Below, piece after piece: positions 51,905 to 64,000 of a stretch of DNA of 64,000 nt. Position 1 is the stretch's first letter, and each line of letters starts with the position of its first letter. The stretch comes from Octopus vulgaris (Eukaryota), in NCBI GenBank assembly GCA_951406725.2, contig OX597822.1, forward strand, positions 18,166,001 through 18,230,000, in the 5' to 3' direction. The notes beneath the pieces were generated by a model. That model saw nothing but the letters and a program-made list of their open reading frames with translations, ran no database searches and had not been told where the DNA came from. Both the position numbers and the translations under genes were made by a program.

Positions 51905-54900
51905 ATTATTCCATGTTTGAATTTTGCTTTACATTTGCACAAGCTGGCTCCAAGTCTCACCCAGAGACCTCCTAGAGACAACAGGTTGGAAGTTCATATT
52001 GTTGTTATGCCTAGTGTGCCATATATTTGGTCTTGTATTTAGTGTTGTACTAGTGAATGCCTAAAAAACCATACAAAAATTATGTTTGTCTTAAAACTTG
52101 AGATTACATAGAAAGTATTTTGCGTAGGATATGAGCAGTTCCCATGAGCACTATCTTTTGAATTTATGCCATTTTTGGGTTTCCTGGTATCTGAGTTATG
52201 TAACAATCAGCCCCTTTTGCTATCATTCCCAGGGCACCTATGACAACAGGTACTGTTTTAGTCTTCGGGTTCCACATTTTGCTGATTTCTATTTCCACAT
52301 CTTTATATTTGCTCAGTTTCTGGTAGGTCTTGACAGATACGTTTATATCGATTGGGACAGTCATATCAATGAGGAGGCATGTTTTTTGTCTGAAGTCTTT
52401 TACTATGATGTCTGGCCTATTCGCATCTATTTTCCTGTCAGTTTGAATGGTGAAGTTCCAGAGGAGTGAGATGTGGTCATTTTCAAGCACTGGAGGTGGT
52501 TTGTGTTCCCACCAGTTTTTATCATGGGGCAAATCCAAACTTTTGCAAATGAATTACCCAGTGAATATATTGTGCAGCTCTATCATGCCTGTTGAGGTAC
52601 TCTGTAGGCGCAAGAAGACTGCACTTGGAGACAATATGATCAATGGTTTCATTTTGTTGTTGACATACACGACATGTTGGGCTACTGCCGTTCTTTAATA
52701 TGTTGGCCTGGTAGTTCCTTGTTGGTAGGCATTGATCTTGAGCTGCTATGATAAACCCCTCTGTTTCAGATTTTAAGCCAGAGGCCATTAGCCATTGATG
52801 GGTCAGGGCTTTGTCAACATCTGCATTATTCACTCTCTTTGGGTATTTGCCATTGAGAGGTTTTTCTTGCCATTTATCATTCAGAATATCTAAGGCAGCA
52901 GTTTTAGCACGGGTTTTCATGCGGTTAGCTTTTTCTGTGCTTGATGCTTGTATGACTAATTCCAAAATTTGTTGTATTTGGAATTCACTTAGATGTTCCT
53001 TTGCCTGTTTTGTTACTGAGTATGATGCTCTCTTGTTTTCATGTTTTGAGACAAGTTTTAACATCCAGTCCTCAGAGTTTTTCAGGTAGGTGTCTAGGCC
53101 AATTGTAGCAATCTTCATTGTTATTGCCAGTTGTAAAAGTCCATGACCTCCCTCTTTTCTTGGCAGATAAAGTCATTCTATGTCTGCCTTAGGGTGGTGC
53201 ATTCTATGCATTGTCAACAGTTTTCGTATTTTTCTGTCAAGATTATATATTTCAGTAATTGACCAGTTAACGATATTGAAACTGTAAGTCACGACTGGTA
53301 TGGCTAAAGCATTGATCGCTTCAATCCTGTTTCTCGCATTCAGCTCTGTCTTGAGTATTGCTCTTACTCTGCGATAACATTCTCTCCTGATCCTTTTCTT
53401 CATCACTGGTACTTGTAGCTCTCCACTGAGTCTAACTCTTTTATGACATTCTGCTGGTCGAGGTAAACATTAGATGTTTCTATCATTTTTCCTTTGATAA
53501 AGGTAGCTTTTGCACATTTATCAAGGCCAAATTGCATTCTGATGTCATCACTGAATCGTTTAACAATCATTAGTAAGCCCTTGAGTTGTTGGTCATTTTT
53601 TGCAAAGAGCTTTAAATCATCCATGTAAATGAGATGATTTATATTTTTATCCAACATTTTATATCCGTACTGTGTGTCATTGAGCAATTTTGAGAGAGGT
53701 ATTAAGGCTAAACAAAAGTGGAGTGGTGATAGTGAGTCACCCTGGAAAATGCCACATGAAATTTTTACATCACCAGCATTTAGAGATTCATTGTCACTGT
53801 TCAAAGTTAGTGTGGTTCTCCACAATCTCATACTCACAGACAAAAAGTTTCGCAGAGAAGGCACTATTTTATACATTTCCAGGCATTTCTTAATCCAGCT
53901 ATGTGGTAGGCTGTCAAAAGCCTTTTTATAGTCTATCCAGGCTATTGATAAGTTTTTGTGTCGTTTGTGACAATCTTCTAAGATCATCCTATTGATGAGT
54001 AGCTGATCTTTACAACCATAGGATCCATGTTTACGTCCTTTCTGTTCATTAGGGAATATGCTGCTGTCTATTAAAAAACTATAGGTATATTCCGTCAGGA
54101 CAGATGTTAGCATTTTATACATAGTTATTAAGCAGGTTATGGGTCTATAGTTTTTTGGTTCATTTGTTTCTTCACTTTTTGGGAGCAGGAATGTTAAACC
54201 ATTAACTAGCCAGGCAGGCATCCTACTAGGGTGTTGCAAAACATCATTGTACAGTTCTGTTAGCAGTTCATGGCTCTCTGGGAAGGCATTCAGCCAGAAG
54301 TTAGGAATTTTATCCTTTCCTGGGGACTTCCATCTTACATCTTCTACCTTGACACCCTCCCACTTTTACTCCTCTAAGGAGTACAGGTCCATAGCTATTC
54401 TATCAATCCAAGGGGCCTTTTCGTTGTATGTTTTTTACTTCTGCCCAAATTTTATTCCAAAAACCCTGCACTTCTTTTGATGGTACAGACTTTACAGTAA
54501 CTGGTGTTTTCCCTATCTTCCTGTAAAAATTTTTGGGGTTATTTTTGAACATGTTGTTGTCCTTGAAGAATCTAACACGCTTTTCATACTTCGCTATGCG
54601 GGCAGCTTTAGCAGATACCTTTTGCTTGATGGTTTCTATGGTGGCATCAATATCAAGTATAGTTTTCATATTATATTTTGTCTTTAATTTTTGGGTTTTT
54701 GTAGGTTTGGTAGTCTTGTGAACCTTAAGGTTTTTCAAACATTCAATGTCAGACCTAAGTACTTTAATTTGATGTTGGATACGCTCTTGCCAAGAAGGCT
54801 TTTGTGGGAATGTTGCCGTTTTCTAATCTTTTCACCACATAGGATCGTTGGGATTTTCGCGGATGCATAGTATAGGTGGTTGAGATCTATAATATTAACA

Positions 54901-55576
54901 TCATTAGCTGAAATTATATCCTTAAGTGCAAGCCGGATTTTACCAATTATTTTCATGTTTTGGTTACAGTTGCAGATTCTTGGGAGTGTATCGCGTTCAT
55001 CCATATTGGTTTCTTTAAGTTGCAGCCATTTTTTGATTTGATTCTTTAGTTCACGTAGTTCAGTTGGGTCAATATTTGTGTGACTTTCTTCTATTTGATG
55101 TTCATTTGTCTTAGTGTTTATGATTGGTTCAGTGAATATTTCACTTTGCCTATCAGTTATACTAGCTCTTTTAATCCTTACTGTGTTTTTATCAGCCCTG
55201 GGCTGGTCTATAATTATTTCCTCTGTATTATCTTCTTTAACTACAGCTTCGTTGTTTTTATCCGTTACTGCTTGTTTGATTTGATCAATCTCTACTTCAG
55301 TCAGTAATTTTTTTTTTATAATGTTTCTTCTGACGTTGGCAAGTTTGTAACTGTCAATGTAGAGTCTTACTTCAGGGTGTTTCTGTCTCCAGTTTATGTA
55401 GGTTTGTACAGTATTAAATTTATCTGTAGGGAAATATATGGCATGGTAGAAGGCCGTAAGAACTTCCTTATTATCTTCCCTAGACCATTTTTCATTGTTT
55501 TTCTTTTTGTAACTTGATGATGGGCATGGATGGCCATCTATTGGAATACTCCGGTTGTGGGGTACGTCCAGCGGCA

Positions 55577-55577
<1 letters not shown>
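51905..55577 (-). mobile_element. Near full-length R4-clade (Dong-like) non-LTR retrotransposon, frameshifted, inserted in (TAA)n
   Basis: N-terminus KWSREDNKEV...W...KLANVRRNIIKKKLLTEVEI. RT PKNYRPITCL...WIDYKKAFDSLPH...GIFQGDSLSP...YMDDLKL...FGLDKCA. ETEGFIIAAQDQ; CRVC..ETIDHIVSKC..RHD; RLE NRPDIIV...IDMTVP...KLSKY...VPVVIGALG; ends GTAHILRKILSM* at 52104. Confidence 0.95.
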
Positions 55578-55613
<36 letters not shown>

Positions 55614-55950
55614 GTACCTCTCTAAGTGTATCCCTATGAGTTGGAGAGAAGGAATTGGAGAGGGCACTTGCTCTTGGGGTTTCAGGGAAATCTCGGACAG
55701 TGAGGTTCCTCCATTATCCCTAGAGACCTTCCTGTATCAGGAGAGCCACATCTCTATCATCTTCCCCGCCACTTTTTTTCTTTTTAACCTTTCTATGTTA
55801 TGAGTACGTCCCTTCTTTTTCAGTCTATACTTAATTTCTTTGTTTCCTTTTTTTTGTATCTTTTCATTTTATGCAAACCCCTACACTTTATCTCTGCCTT
55901 TGTATTGTCCCCCTCATCCTTTGCCCTGGTGGAAAATGAATGAAATCATT
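55614..55950 (+). mobile_element. Probable LINE 3' UTR (pyrimidine-rich), possibly Tx1-like
   Basis: Pyrimidine-rich UTR-like segment bounded by (TAT)n tracts. No coding match. Confidence 0.35.
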
Positions 55951-55969
55951 ATGTATATTATTATTCTTT

Positions 55970-56009
<40 letters not shown>

Positions 56010-56014
56010 CGTGT

Positions 56015-56345
56015 GACGGTGCATGTCTTAGTGGTCAGTGTATTTGGCTTATAAGCATAAGGTTGTTAGTTCAATACCTGGTGGTATGTTGTGTCCCTTA
56101 AGCAAGACACTTTATTTTATTCATGCTATCCCCACCTATTCAACTGGCAAAAATGAGTAGTACCTGTATTTCAAAGGGGCCACTCATATCACACTCTGTG
56201 TCATGCTGAATCTCCCTGAGAACTACATTAAGGGGATGCATGTCTGTGGTGTACTCAGCCACTTGCATGTTAATTCCATGAGCAGGCTGTTCCATTGATT
56301 GAATCAACTGGGACACTCTTCATCGTGACCAAAGGAGTGCCAGCT
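56015..56345 (+). mobile_element. tRNA-derived SINE (family C)
   Basis: Head 'tgtcttagtggtcagtgtatttggct...agttcaatacc'. Body shared with the 58087 copy. Confidence 0.7.
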
Positions 56346-56772
56346 ATGATGATGATGGTGGTGATGGTGGTGGTGGTGGTGGTGGTGGTGGTGGTGGTGG
56401 TGGCAGTGGCAGTGGCCCAGTTGAAAACAGTTTCCATATTTTAATGAATTATTTCAAGATACACAACTTATGATAATATGAAGAACTGGCACTAACCTTA
56501 GAAATTCCATAATCATTTTGGAGACTCGAAGATGTCTGGAAGTTTGTGGAGAGGCATGCTAACTTTTATCTTTAACTTGTTTCACTCTTTGGCCTGTGGT
56601 CATGCTGGGGCACTGCCTGGAAGGGCTTCAGTTGAACTGCTCATCTTTGAAAGACTGATACCTATTCTATCAATCTCTATTGCTAAACTGCTAAGTTACA
56701 GGAACATAAACCAGCCAACATTGGCTTTCAAACAGTTGGCAGGGGAAACAAACACAGAGGATAAAAAGACTC

Positions 56773-57500
56773 ATGGTGAAATGGCAGAATCGTTAACACA
56801 CCTGACGAAATGCTTAGCAGCATTTCGTTTGTTTATCTTTATGTTCTGAGTTCAAATTCCACCAAGGTTGACTTTGCCTTTCATCCTTTCAGGGTGGATA
56901 AAATAAATACCAGTCATGTGCTGGGGTCAGTGTAATCAACCATCCCACTTCTTTGAAATTGCTGGCCTTATGCCAAAATTTGAAATCATCATCATCATCA
57001 TCATTGTTGTTTGTTAAGGTGACAAAGCCGACAGAATCAGTAGCACATGGGACAAAATTTTTATTGGCATTTCATCTGGCCTTGCATTCTGAGTTCAAAT
57101 TCTGCCAAGGTTGGCTTTGCCTTTCATCCTTTCAGGGTCAATAAAATAAAATACCAGCTTCCTTCCCCACTCAAAATTGCTGGCCTTGTGACAAAATTAG
57201 AAAAAAACTATTATTATCCTTATTCCTTCTTTTATATTGGCTTCATTGTCTTGGGTCCTCATGACTAATAACAGAAATCCTCCTCTTCGTCCTCCTCCTC
57301 CTCATCATCATCATTATCGAGGCAATGAGCTAGCAGAACATGCCAGACAAAATACTTTATAGTATTTCATTCGTCTTACCATTCTGTGTTCAAAATCTAC
57401 CAAGGTCAACTTTTCCTTTCATCTTTCCTGGATCAGTGTGTAACTGGGGTTGATGTAATCAACTTACTCCTCCCCAAAATTGCTGACCTTGTGCCAAAAT
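56773..57500 (+). mobile_element. Cluster of three family B SINEs
   Basis: Copies at ~56773-56985, 57017-57205 and 57320-57500. Confidence 0.8.
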
Positions 57501-57502
57501 TA

Positions 57503-58055
57503 TTGAGTGAGAGAGTAGTGCATGCCATCAAAGTGACACTGGGGTAAAATATATGAAGCCCAGTATACCCATTATGACTACCCATCTGATAAGGGTACAC
57601 CAGACACATGCATCACAACCATATGTCCACGACATGGTGATCTCATATCAAGATAAACAGCACATGACCTTGCAGGTGGGGCCCAGTTAGAATTTATTTT
57701 CTTCTGGTCGAGTAACCCATCCCGCTCAAAAGGTTCCTGAATAAGGGTTGTTTAAGGATGTTGAACGAAACATCCATGTTTCCAGGGGTGAATTATTCAA
57801 ACCCCAAAGAATCCCTCTCAACACATGGCTATGATGCTACCCCACTACATCTGCTCGTGATCAGAGATACACATATCGTCAGCCACTAAGGGACATGCTC
57901 AACTGGTTAAAGTCAAACAACTGACAAGCAAATCTGTGGTATTGAGCAGAATATTTGCTGTAGCCCATCTTTTATACCAAGACTAAACAATGTATATGAT
58001 AACACTTCCAATCAGTTAAGGTCAGAAGCTATGAGAACCACTGTCTGGTACTGCT
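57503..58055 (-). mobile_element. Unclassified (TAA)-associated retroposon (~550 bp)
   Basis: Its 3' end matches 51592-51710. TAT repeats flank it. No recognisable ORF. Confidence 0.55.
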
Positions 58056-58086
58056 ATTATTATTACTATTATTATTATTATTATTG

Positions 58087-58549
58087 CGCAATGGCCCAGT
58101 GGTTAGGGCAGCGGACTCACGGTCGTAGGATCGCGGTTTCAATTCCCAGACCGGGCATTGTGAGTGTTTATTGAGCGAAAACACCTAAAGCTCCACGAGG
58201 CTCCAGCAGGGAGTGGTGGTGAACCCTGCTGTACTCTTTCACCACGACTTTCTCACACTCGTTCTTCCTGTTTCTGTTGTACCTGTATTTTAAAGGGCCA
58301 GCCTTGTCACACTTTGTGTCACGCTGAATCTCCTCGAGAACTACGTTAAGGGTACACGTGTCTGTGGTGTACTCAGCCACTTGCACATTAATAAATGAGC
58401 TGCGGCATCACTGGTGCCAAGCTGCATTGGCCTTTGCCCTTCCCTTGGATAACATCGGTGGTGTGGAGAGGGGAGGCTGGTATGTATGGATGACTGCTGG
58501 TAGGTGCAATTCCATGGTCATTCGTGACCGAAGGAGGTCATATATATCA

Positions 58550-58550
<1 letters not shown>
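58087..58550 (+). mobile_element. tRNA-derived SINE with a well-preserved Pol III head
   Basis: 'gcgcaatggcccagtggttagggcagcggactcacggtcgtaggatcgcggtttcaattcccagacc' contains A and B boxes. Confidence 0.8.
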
Positions 58551-58609
<59 letters not shown>

Positions 58610-58821
58610 GGTGGCGAGCTGGCAGAATTGTTAGCATGCTGGACAAAATGCTTAGTGATATTTTGCCCATTGCTACATTCTGAGTTCAAATTCTACAGAG
58701 GTCAACATTGTCTTTCATCTTTTTGGGGTCGATAAATAAGGTACCATTGAAACACTGGGGTCAATGTAATCAACCAGTCCCCTCCCACCAAATTTCAGGC
58801 CTTGTGCCTATAAGAGAAAGG

Positions 58822-58857
<36 letters not shown>

Positions 58858-58859
58858 GT

Positions 58860-59060
58860 TTAGTAGTTCTGCACTACTGAGCACAACTCTATGTGGTTTG
58901 TTGTGATGCTCTTATTTTCACTGAATTGAAAGTGCTTTATGTAGGATGTCTCTGGTGCCTGGTGGTGCTTTTTTCTGTGTGTTATATATATTTGCAAGTC
59001 CTGGTATTTTGGGTATTTATTTTATGTTTTTTTCATCATGCACCTGCTATTGTGGGAGTT
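58860..59060 (-). mobile_element. Another R4/Dong-like 3' end in (TAA)n
   Basis: Minus-strand PTIAGA...KIPGLANIYNTQK..PPGTRDILHKALS resembles the RLE C-terminus. Confidence 0.6.
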
Positions 59061-60152
59061 ATTATTATTATTATTGTTGTTGTTGTTGTTGCTATTGTTA
59101 CTCTGTGAATATTAGCTTAGAGAAATAAGTTGTAAAACATAAAAATACTAAGAATTTCTTAAATATGCATTGAGTAGGGAAAAGGGAAATTGTAGAATGA
59201 TGCATTTCTTGGAGGCATTAGAAATTTTAGGAAGGTAATTTCAGTTGGGAATTGAAAGTAAGTTTGCCAAGTACTTAGTGCTGCATCATAGCATCTCCCT
59301 GTCACCCCCAAAACCCATCACCACCACCACCACCACCACTGCTAGCACCACTACCACCGACACTACTACCAGCAGAAATGAAAAATAATGGTTTCTTGTA
59401 TGGGCACATGCCAACTTCTTCCTGGAGAGATGGGAAGCTTTGTCGATTGAATTAATTCCCCAAGTACAATGTTTCTCATAGGTGTGTAGGGAGGTGTATG
59501 GAATTAAAAGGGAAAGTCAGGGGGGGGGGGATGAACAAGTTGCCATGTTTTAATCAAATTAAGATGGTTTTTCAACTTTTTAAATTTGTCCGATGCCATG
59601 CTCAAGTAAGAATTACTGCAGAGGCAAATTCTATTTGTCTTCTCACTGAGGAAAAAGGTGAGCAAAAGATTTTCACCGTTTTTGCCTTTGTGGTGGTCGT
59701 GGGGAAGAGTTGCTTTGTGAACTGGTAACCTTTCTTTTATCTTTCACTTGTTTCAGTCATTAGACTATGGCCATGCTGGGGCAGCACCACCTTGAAGATT
59801 TTTACTCAAACAAATTACTTTTGTCTGGTATTTATTCTGTTAATCTCTTTTGTGAAGCTGCTAAGTTATAGGGAACATAAATATACCAACACCAGCTGTC
59901 AAGTAGAGGATACACACACACTCTCTCTTTCTCTCTCTCTCTGGCTTTCTGTCTCACTCAGATATAAATATAGGTCAGATATAAATATAGGTGGTGGTGG
60001 TACCTTTCAACTAGGAGAAAGATAGAGAAGCTTGAAGCAGAATTAAGGAAATAAAAGTATTTTTTCTATCCTGGTGAGTAAAATTGTCTTTTCTCTTTGT
60101 CTTTCTTCATTAAAAAGAATTGGATGTGGTCAGAACTTGGAGAGAGAGAGAA

Positions 60153-60206
<54 letters not shown>

Positions 60207-63200
60207 AGAGAGAGAGAGCATTGTACTCTACAAGCTATGAAAAATTCTTGAGGCATGATGAATTGTAAAGGCATATCTGTGACTCCAACCCATGATGGCA
60301 CAGAAAAAAATAAAAACAGAAATGATGATGATAATATAGACTAGATTTCTTCTCAGTTTCCCTTTTGCCAAATTTCCTTGCCAAGAATTCTTCCAGTTGA
60401 AGTACAAATAGAATTCACGTGCTGGGAGTGCTGCAGGTTTGAACCTAGAACCATGTGTTTTCCAAGTAAACTTCTAAACTACACATGCTACACTTGTGTC
60501 TGTCTATCTTACTGCAGATGCTCTGTGAGCTATATACATTTTCCATTCTCGATTGTACTGCCGCTACATATTGTACAGCCATTCTGTTATACACAGGAAG
60601 AAAATGTACAAGACAATTAAAAAATGGCTGAGATGGAAAAGACTAAAGGAGTGGGAGAGGGGAAGAGAGAGGAAGAGAGAGTGGGGTTAAGTGGTGGATT
60701 CTGTGAAGAATGAAAACATATGAGACAAGGACATGCTTAAACCTGAAATGTATGAAGCCGAAGATATCGCTGTTTCACAGAAAATAAACACTTGCTTCTA
60801 TCATTGACCAAGTGATGGCTGGATTAGGCAGATTGGTAGAAGTGTCAGACAAAATATTTGCTGTATTTAGTTATGGCCCTTGAAGTTCCAAGTTCAAATC
60901 CTGTTGTGTGCAGCATTGCTCTTCATCATACCAGTGTTGTTTGTGTTTGCCCTTCTTCACCACTTGATAACTGGTGTTGGTTTATTTATGTCCTTATAAC
61001 ATGGCAGTGTGGCAAAAGAAACTGAAAGAATAAGTATCAGACTTCAAAATAAATTCTGGAATCAATTTGTTCAGCTAAACTCTTCAAGGCAGTGCCCCAG
61101 TATGGCCGCCACAGTGAAATGACTGAAATACATAAAAGATAAATCTATTAGATTCCTGGTTTATATATATTCATTAGATATTCTTTATTTTAGCAATTAT
61201 TAACCATAATGACATCCCCCACCCTGTTCATTTCTGGAGAGCCACATTTGGCTATAAACAACCATTTTATACCATTTTTGTCATCAAATTTTTTATTCAG
61301 ACATTTGCATCTCATAAAAATTTAGAATTTTTTTTCATTCTGGAAATGAAGAGAAAAAGGTGTTTTGTATTGTATCTTTTATCTGTTACTCATTTCAGTC
61401 TTTGGGCTATGACCATGCTGGAGCACTGTTTTAAAGTGTTTTGCTTGAACAAACTAACCTCAGTACTTATTCTATCAGTCTCTATTGGTGAACCTCTATA
61501 TTACTGAGGTACATGGATGTAAACAAAGCAACACCAGTTTTGGGTTGGTATGGGGGAGCAAATATCACATAAACACAGACACACACTTGCACAGTGGGAC
61601 TGAACCCAAAACCACATGATGGCAAAGTCAGTTTCTTCAGCACACAGCTGTGCTTGCACCTATCGTAATAAATGAAATTAATTCATTGACATTTTGCAAT
61701 CAGAAATATTGGTCCACAGATGGTCAGCACTATTGACTTCAGAGAAGAGGGAATCGGAAGACTAACATGTCTGCCTTTCCTAAGGGCAATTAACAGAAGG
61801 GGAAGGCTTATAAGTGAGAATAAAACCCGGCTCATTGATTTGACTCACTGGCGATGTACCAGCCACCTGACTAGGTTTACCACATTACACCATTAATCTG
61901 TGAATTCCATGCCACTGGCTCTTCGTATTAGAACTAATTACAAACCAATATCTGTTAATATGGTAACAGAATTTGATTTCAATTAATTTACATTAACTTG
62001 AAAGCATTGTTTTGAGTTGACTGTGTGTCTTGTGTGTGGAATGGAAATAATGGTTTACTGGTTTCCCTTCTGGGTTAACATGAAATATCATTACCAATGC
62101 CTTCATTTTAGAGTTTCATAAAGCCATGATCCCTGTGACACTTTTATTATTTAACGAGAAAATCACTTATACCTTCGTTTAAATAATGTTCTCTTTCATT
62201 TCATCCTTCCTGAATTTTCTCAGCTCAATCTACAATAACGGTATATGTAGTCTTTAAATCTCTGAAAGGATTATTTGATTTAAGAGTCTTCACTTCAGAT
62301 TTTCTACTCACATTTTGCCAGTTGTCTCTCTGGACAGTATACTTATTTCTAGATACTTCAGTTTACCAAACTGTCAGAATGGTTATCAGGCTTTTCAGGA
62401 AAAGTTTACTTGCTGTAAACCAATGAAGTATCAAGTAAGAAGAAAATTCCTCATATTGCATCTATTTAATGTTGCTGAAATCAAACTTAAATTCTTGGCC
62501 TGTGAATTATTGTGGTTTCTGAAATATTAACTTCTGAATATGAGAGTTCTTAATAAAATTCTGTTGCTAGGCCTTTAAGAGAACTGTGATAAGAGTAGAG
62601 AAATGAGAATAGAGCCTCAGTAAATACTTTGCAAGCACTAAATTCTTCATGGAACCCACTTGTAAGATTCTTGACATCTTATTTGAAACATTATGTTACC
62701 ATTCCATACAAACGTTCGCATAAAACTCCACTAAAACATTTCCCTTAGTTGTGAGGAATTTATTTGTAGAATTCAGTTTTTCCTATTTTTTATTTCTATT
62801 TCCATATCTGAGTAATTAATTAATCTGTTTATGTAGTCAATTTGAATTAAATTTGTGTGATTGTCTCAACTAATTAGTATATGAAAGGTTTTTGTTTCTC
62901 TCAGTCTGTAATTAAGGTTTATTATTTTGTAATTGCAGTAACTTAAGTACAGCTAAGAAAAGAACATCGATAATGTTCATCTGATGACATAGGTTTGTTT
63001 GAGTTGAAGCTTATTGAAGGAAAATAGCTTTGTTCTATGCTTTGAAAAAAATTGGTGGAAAGGTTAAAAAAGAGAGAGAGAGAGAGAAATAAAGAAGCCA
63101 AGAAAAAAGATATACTTAAATATTGTTGTTTACTTTCAATTGAGGTTATGTGTTTCACTTTCTTACTGATGGAAGAAAGAAAATGGTTACTTAACCATAT

Positions 63201-63902
63201 AATCTACCTTTCTGCATCTGAAATGACTACAAGCTGTTTAGAATATAATGAGCTGTTTTGCATCTCATTTTGCTACAAAACACAACATTCTTAATTATCT
63301 TCAGCAGGAATCAAGGAATAAATTAGATTTTCCTTCTTTTTCTTTTTTTTTTTTTTGTTACTTGATTAGTTGATAATAATATATATTATTTGTCAAAATA
63401 GGGTGACAATGAGGAAAATTTAAGACATCCTGTCGTTGCAGTATTTGTTATAATCTCACTTCTTATTTGTCTGTGGGAGATGATTTCTTATATCAAATGT
63501 CTTTGATATGAGCCAAGTTTCTAGATTAGAGTAACTTGAGTATGTAAAGAGTTTTTAAACATTAATCTCTAATAATATAATCTCTGATAATGCCATAAAC
63601 CAGTCTGTTAAAGCAATGTTCATGAGTAATCAATTTTTTAAAAATTATTTCTTGGAAACTTGGTCTTAAATCTTTTAACATTTACTCATAAATGCTAACA
63701 TGAACCAATAAGTCATATTTAATATTCTGTGATATTTTCTTGTGATTATACATTTCAAATAAGATAATTTCATTAATCTTTTAATTTTGATTTAATTTGA
63801 TTTTTAAAAAAAAATTATTTTACTGTTGCAGCATGGAAGGTGTTTATAAGCCATTTAAGAAACACACAAAACCGTTAGATTCACTTCAACATTTAAATTT
63901 AA

Positions 63903-63953
63903 TTTGTCAAAATATTTTCGTCGCTTTGAGACCACGACCTGTTCACTGACAAA
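63903..63953 (-). ncRNA. Minimal type I hammerhead motif, G3-C8 core variant
   Basis: tttgtca-GTGAACA-g-gtcgt-ggtctcaaa-gcgac-GAAA-atat-TT-tgacaaa. 7-bp stem I, 5-bp stem II, palindromic stem III. Confidence 0.6.
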
Positions 63954-64000
63954 ACTTCGTGCTAATATACTTTTTTTCAAAAATTTATGAGCATCTTAGA

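Noticed and set aside
55578-55667. N-terminal extension of the Dong ORF given in the ORF track
   Set aside because: It reads through the flanking (AAT)n and an unrelated repeat. Element-like sequence starts near 55577.
58087-58160. Functional tRNA gene
   Set aside because: The acceptor stem is not closed and the sequence continues into a SINE body.
61690-61960. Repeat-free segment that could be an enhancer or exon
   Set aside because: No ORF, splice or motif evidence from sequence alone. It would need conservation or ATAC data.

Overview
AT-rich, repeat-dense animal DNA. The SINE and LINE families and the microsatellite load look like a coleoid cephalopod, probably Octopus (inferred from family resemblance, not verified). 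I found no supportable host-gene exon, so the window is intronic or intergenic, and most short ORFs in the track are microsatellite artefacts. Retroelements present: a near-complete but disrupted R4/Dong element in a (TAA)n tract (~51905-55577, minus) plus 3' ends of other Dong lineages; a 5'-truncated Naiad-type Penelope-like element (PLE) with a ~3.5 kb 3' region (~43227-48630, minus) and other PLE fragments; CR1, RTE and L1/Tx1 fragments; and many tRNA-derived SINEs. DNA elements: a composite Helitron that seems to carry a piggyBac fragment, and MITEs. Highlights: (1) hammerhead-ribozyme motifs whose core 3-8 pair differs between copies (C3-G8, A3-U8, G3-C8, plus a U4C variant); (2) a Naiad ORF whose in-frame stops are all TAG, two at conserved Trp positions; (3) several fold-back structures that would form dsRNA. 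Repeat boundaries were placed by eye and are approximate.
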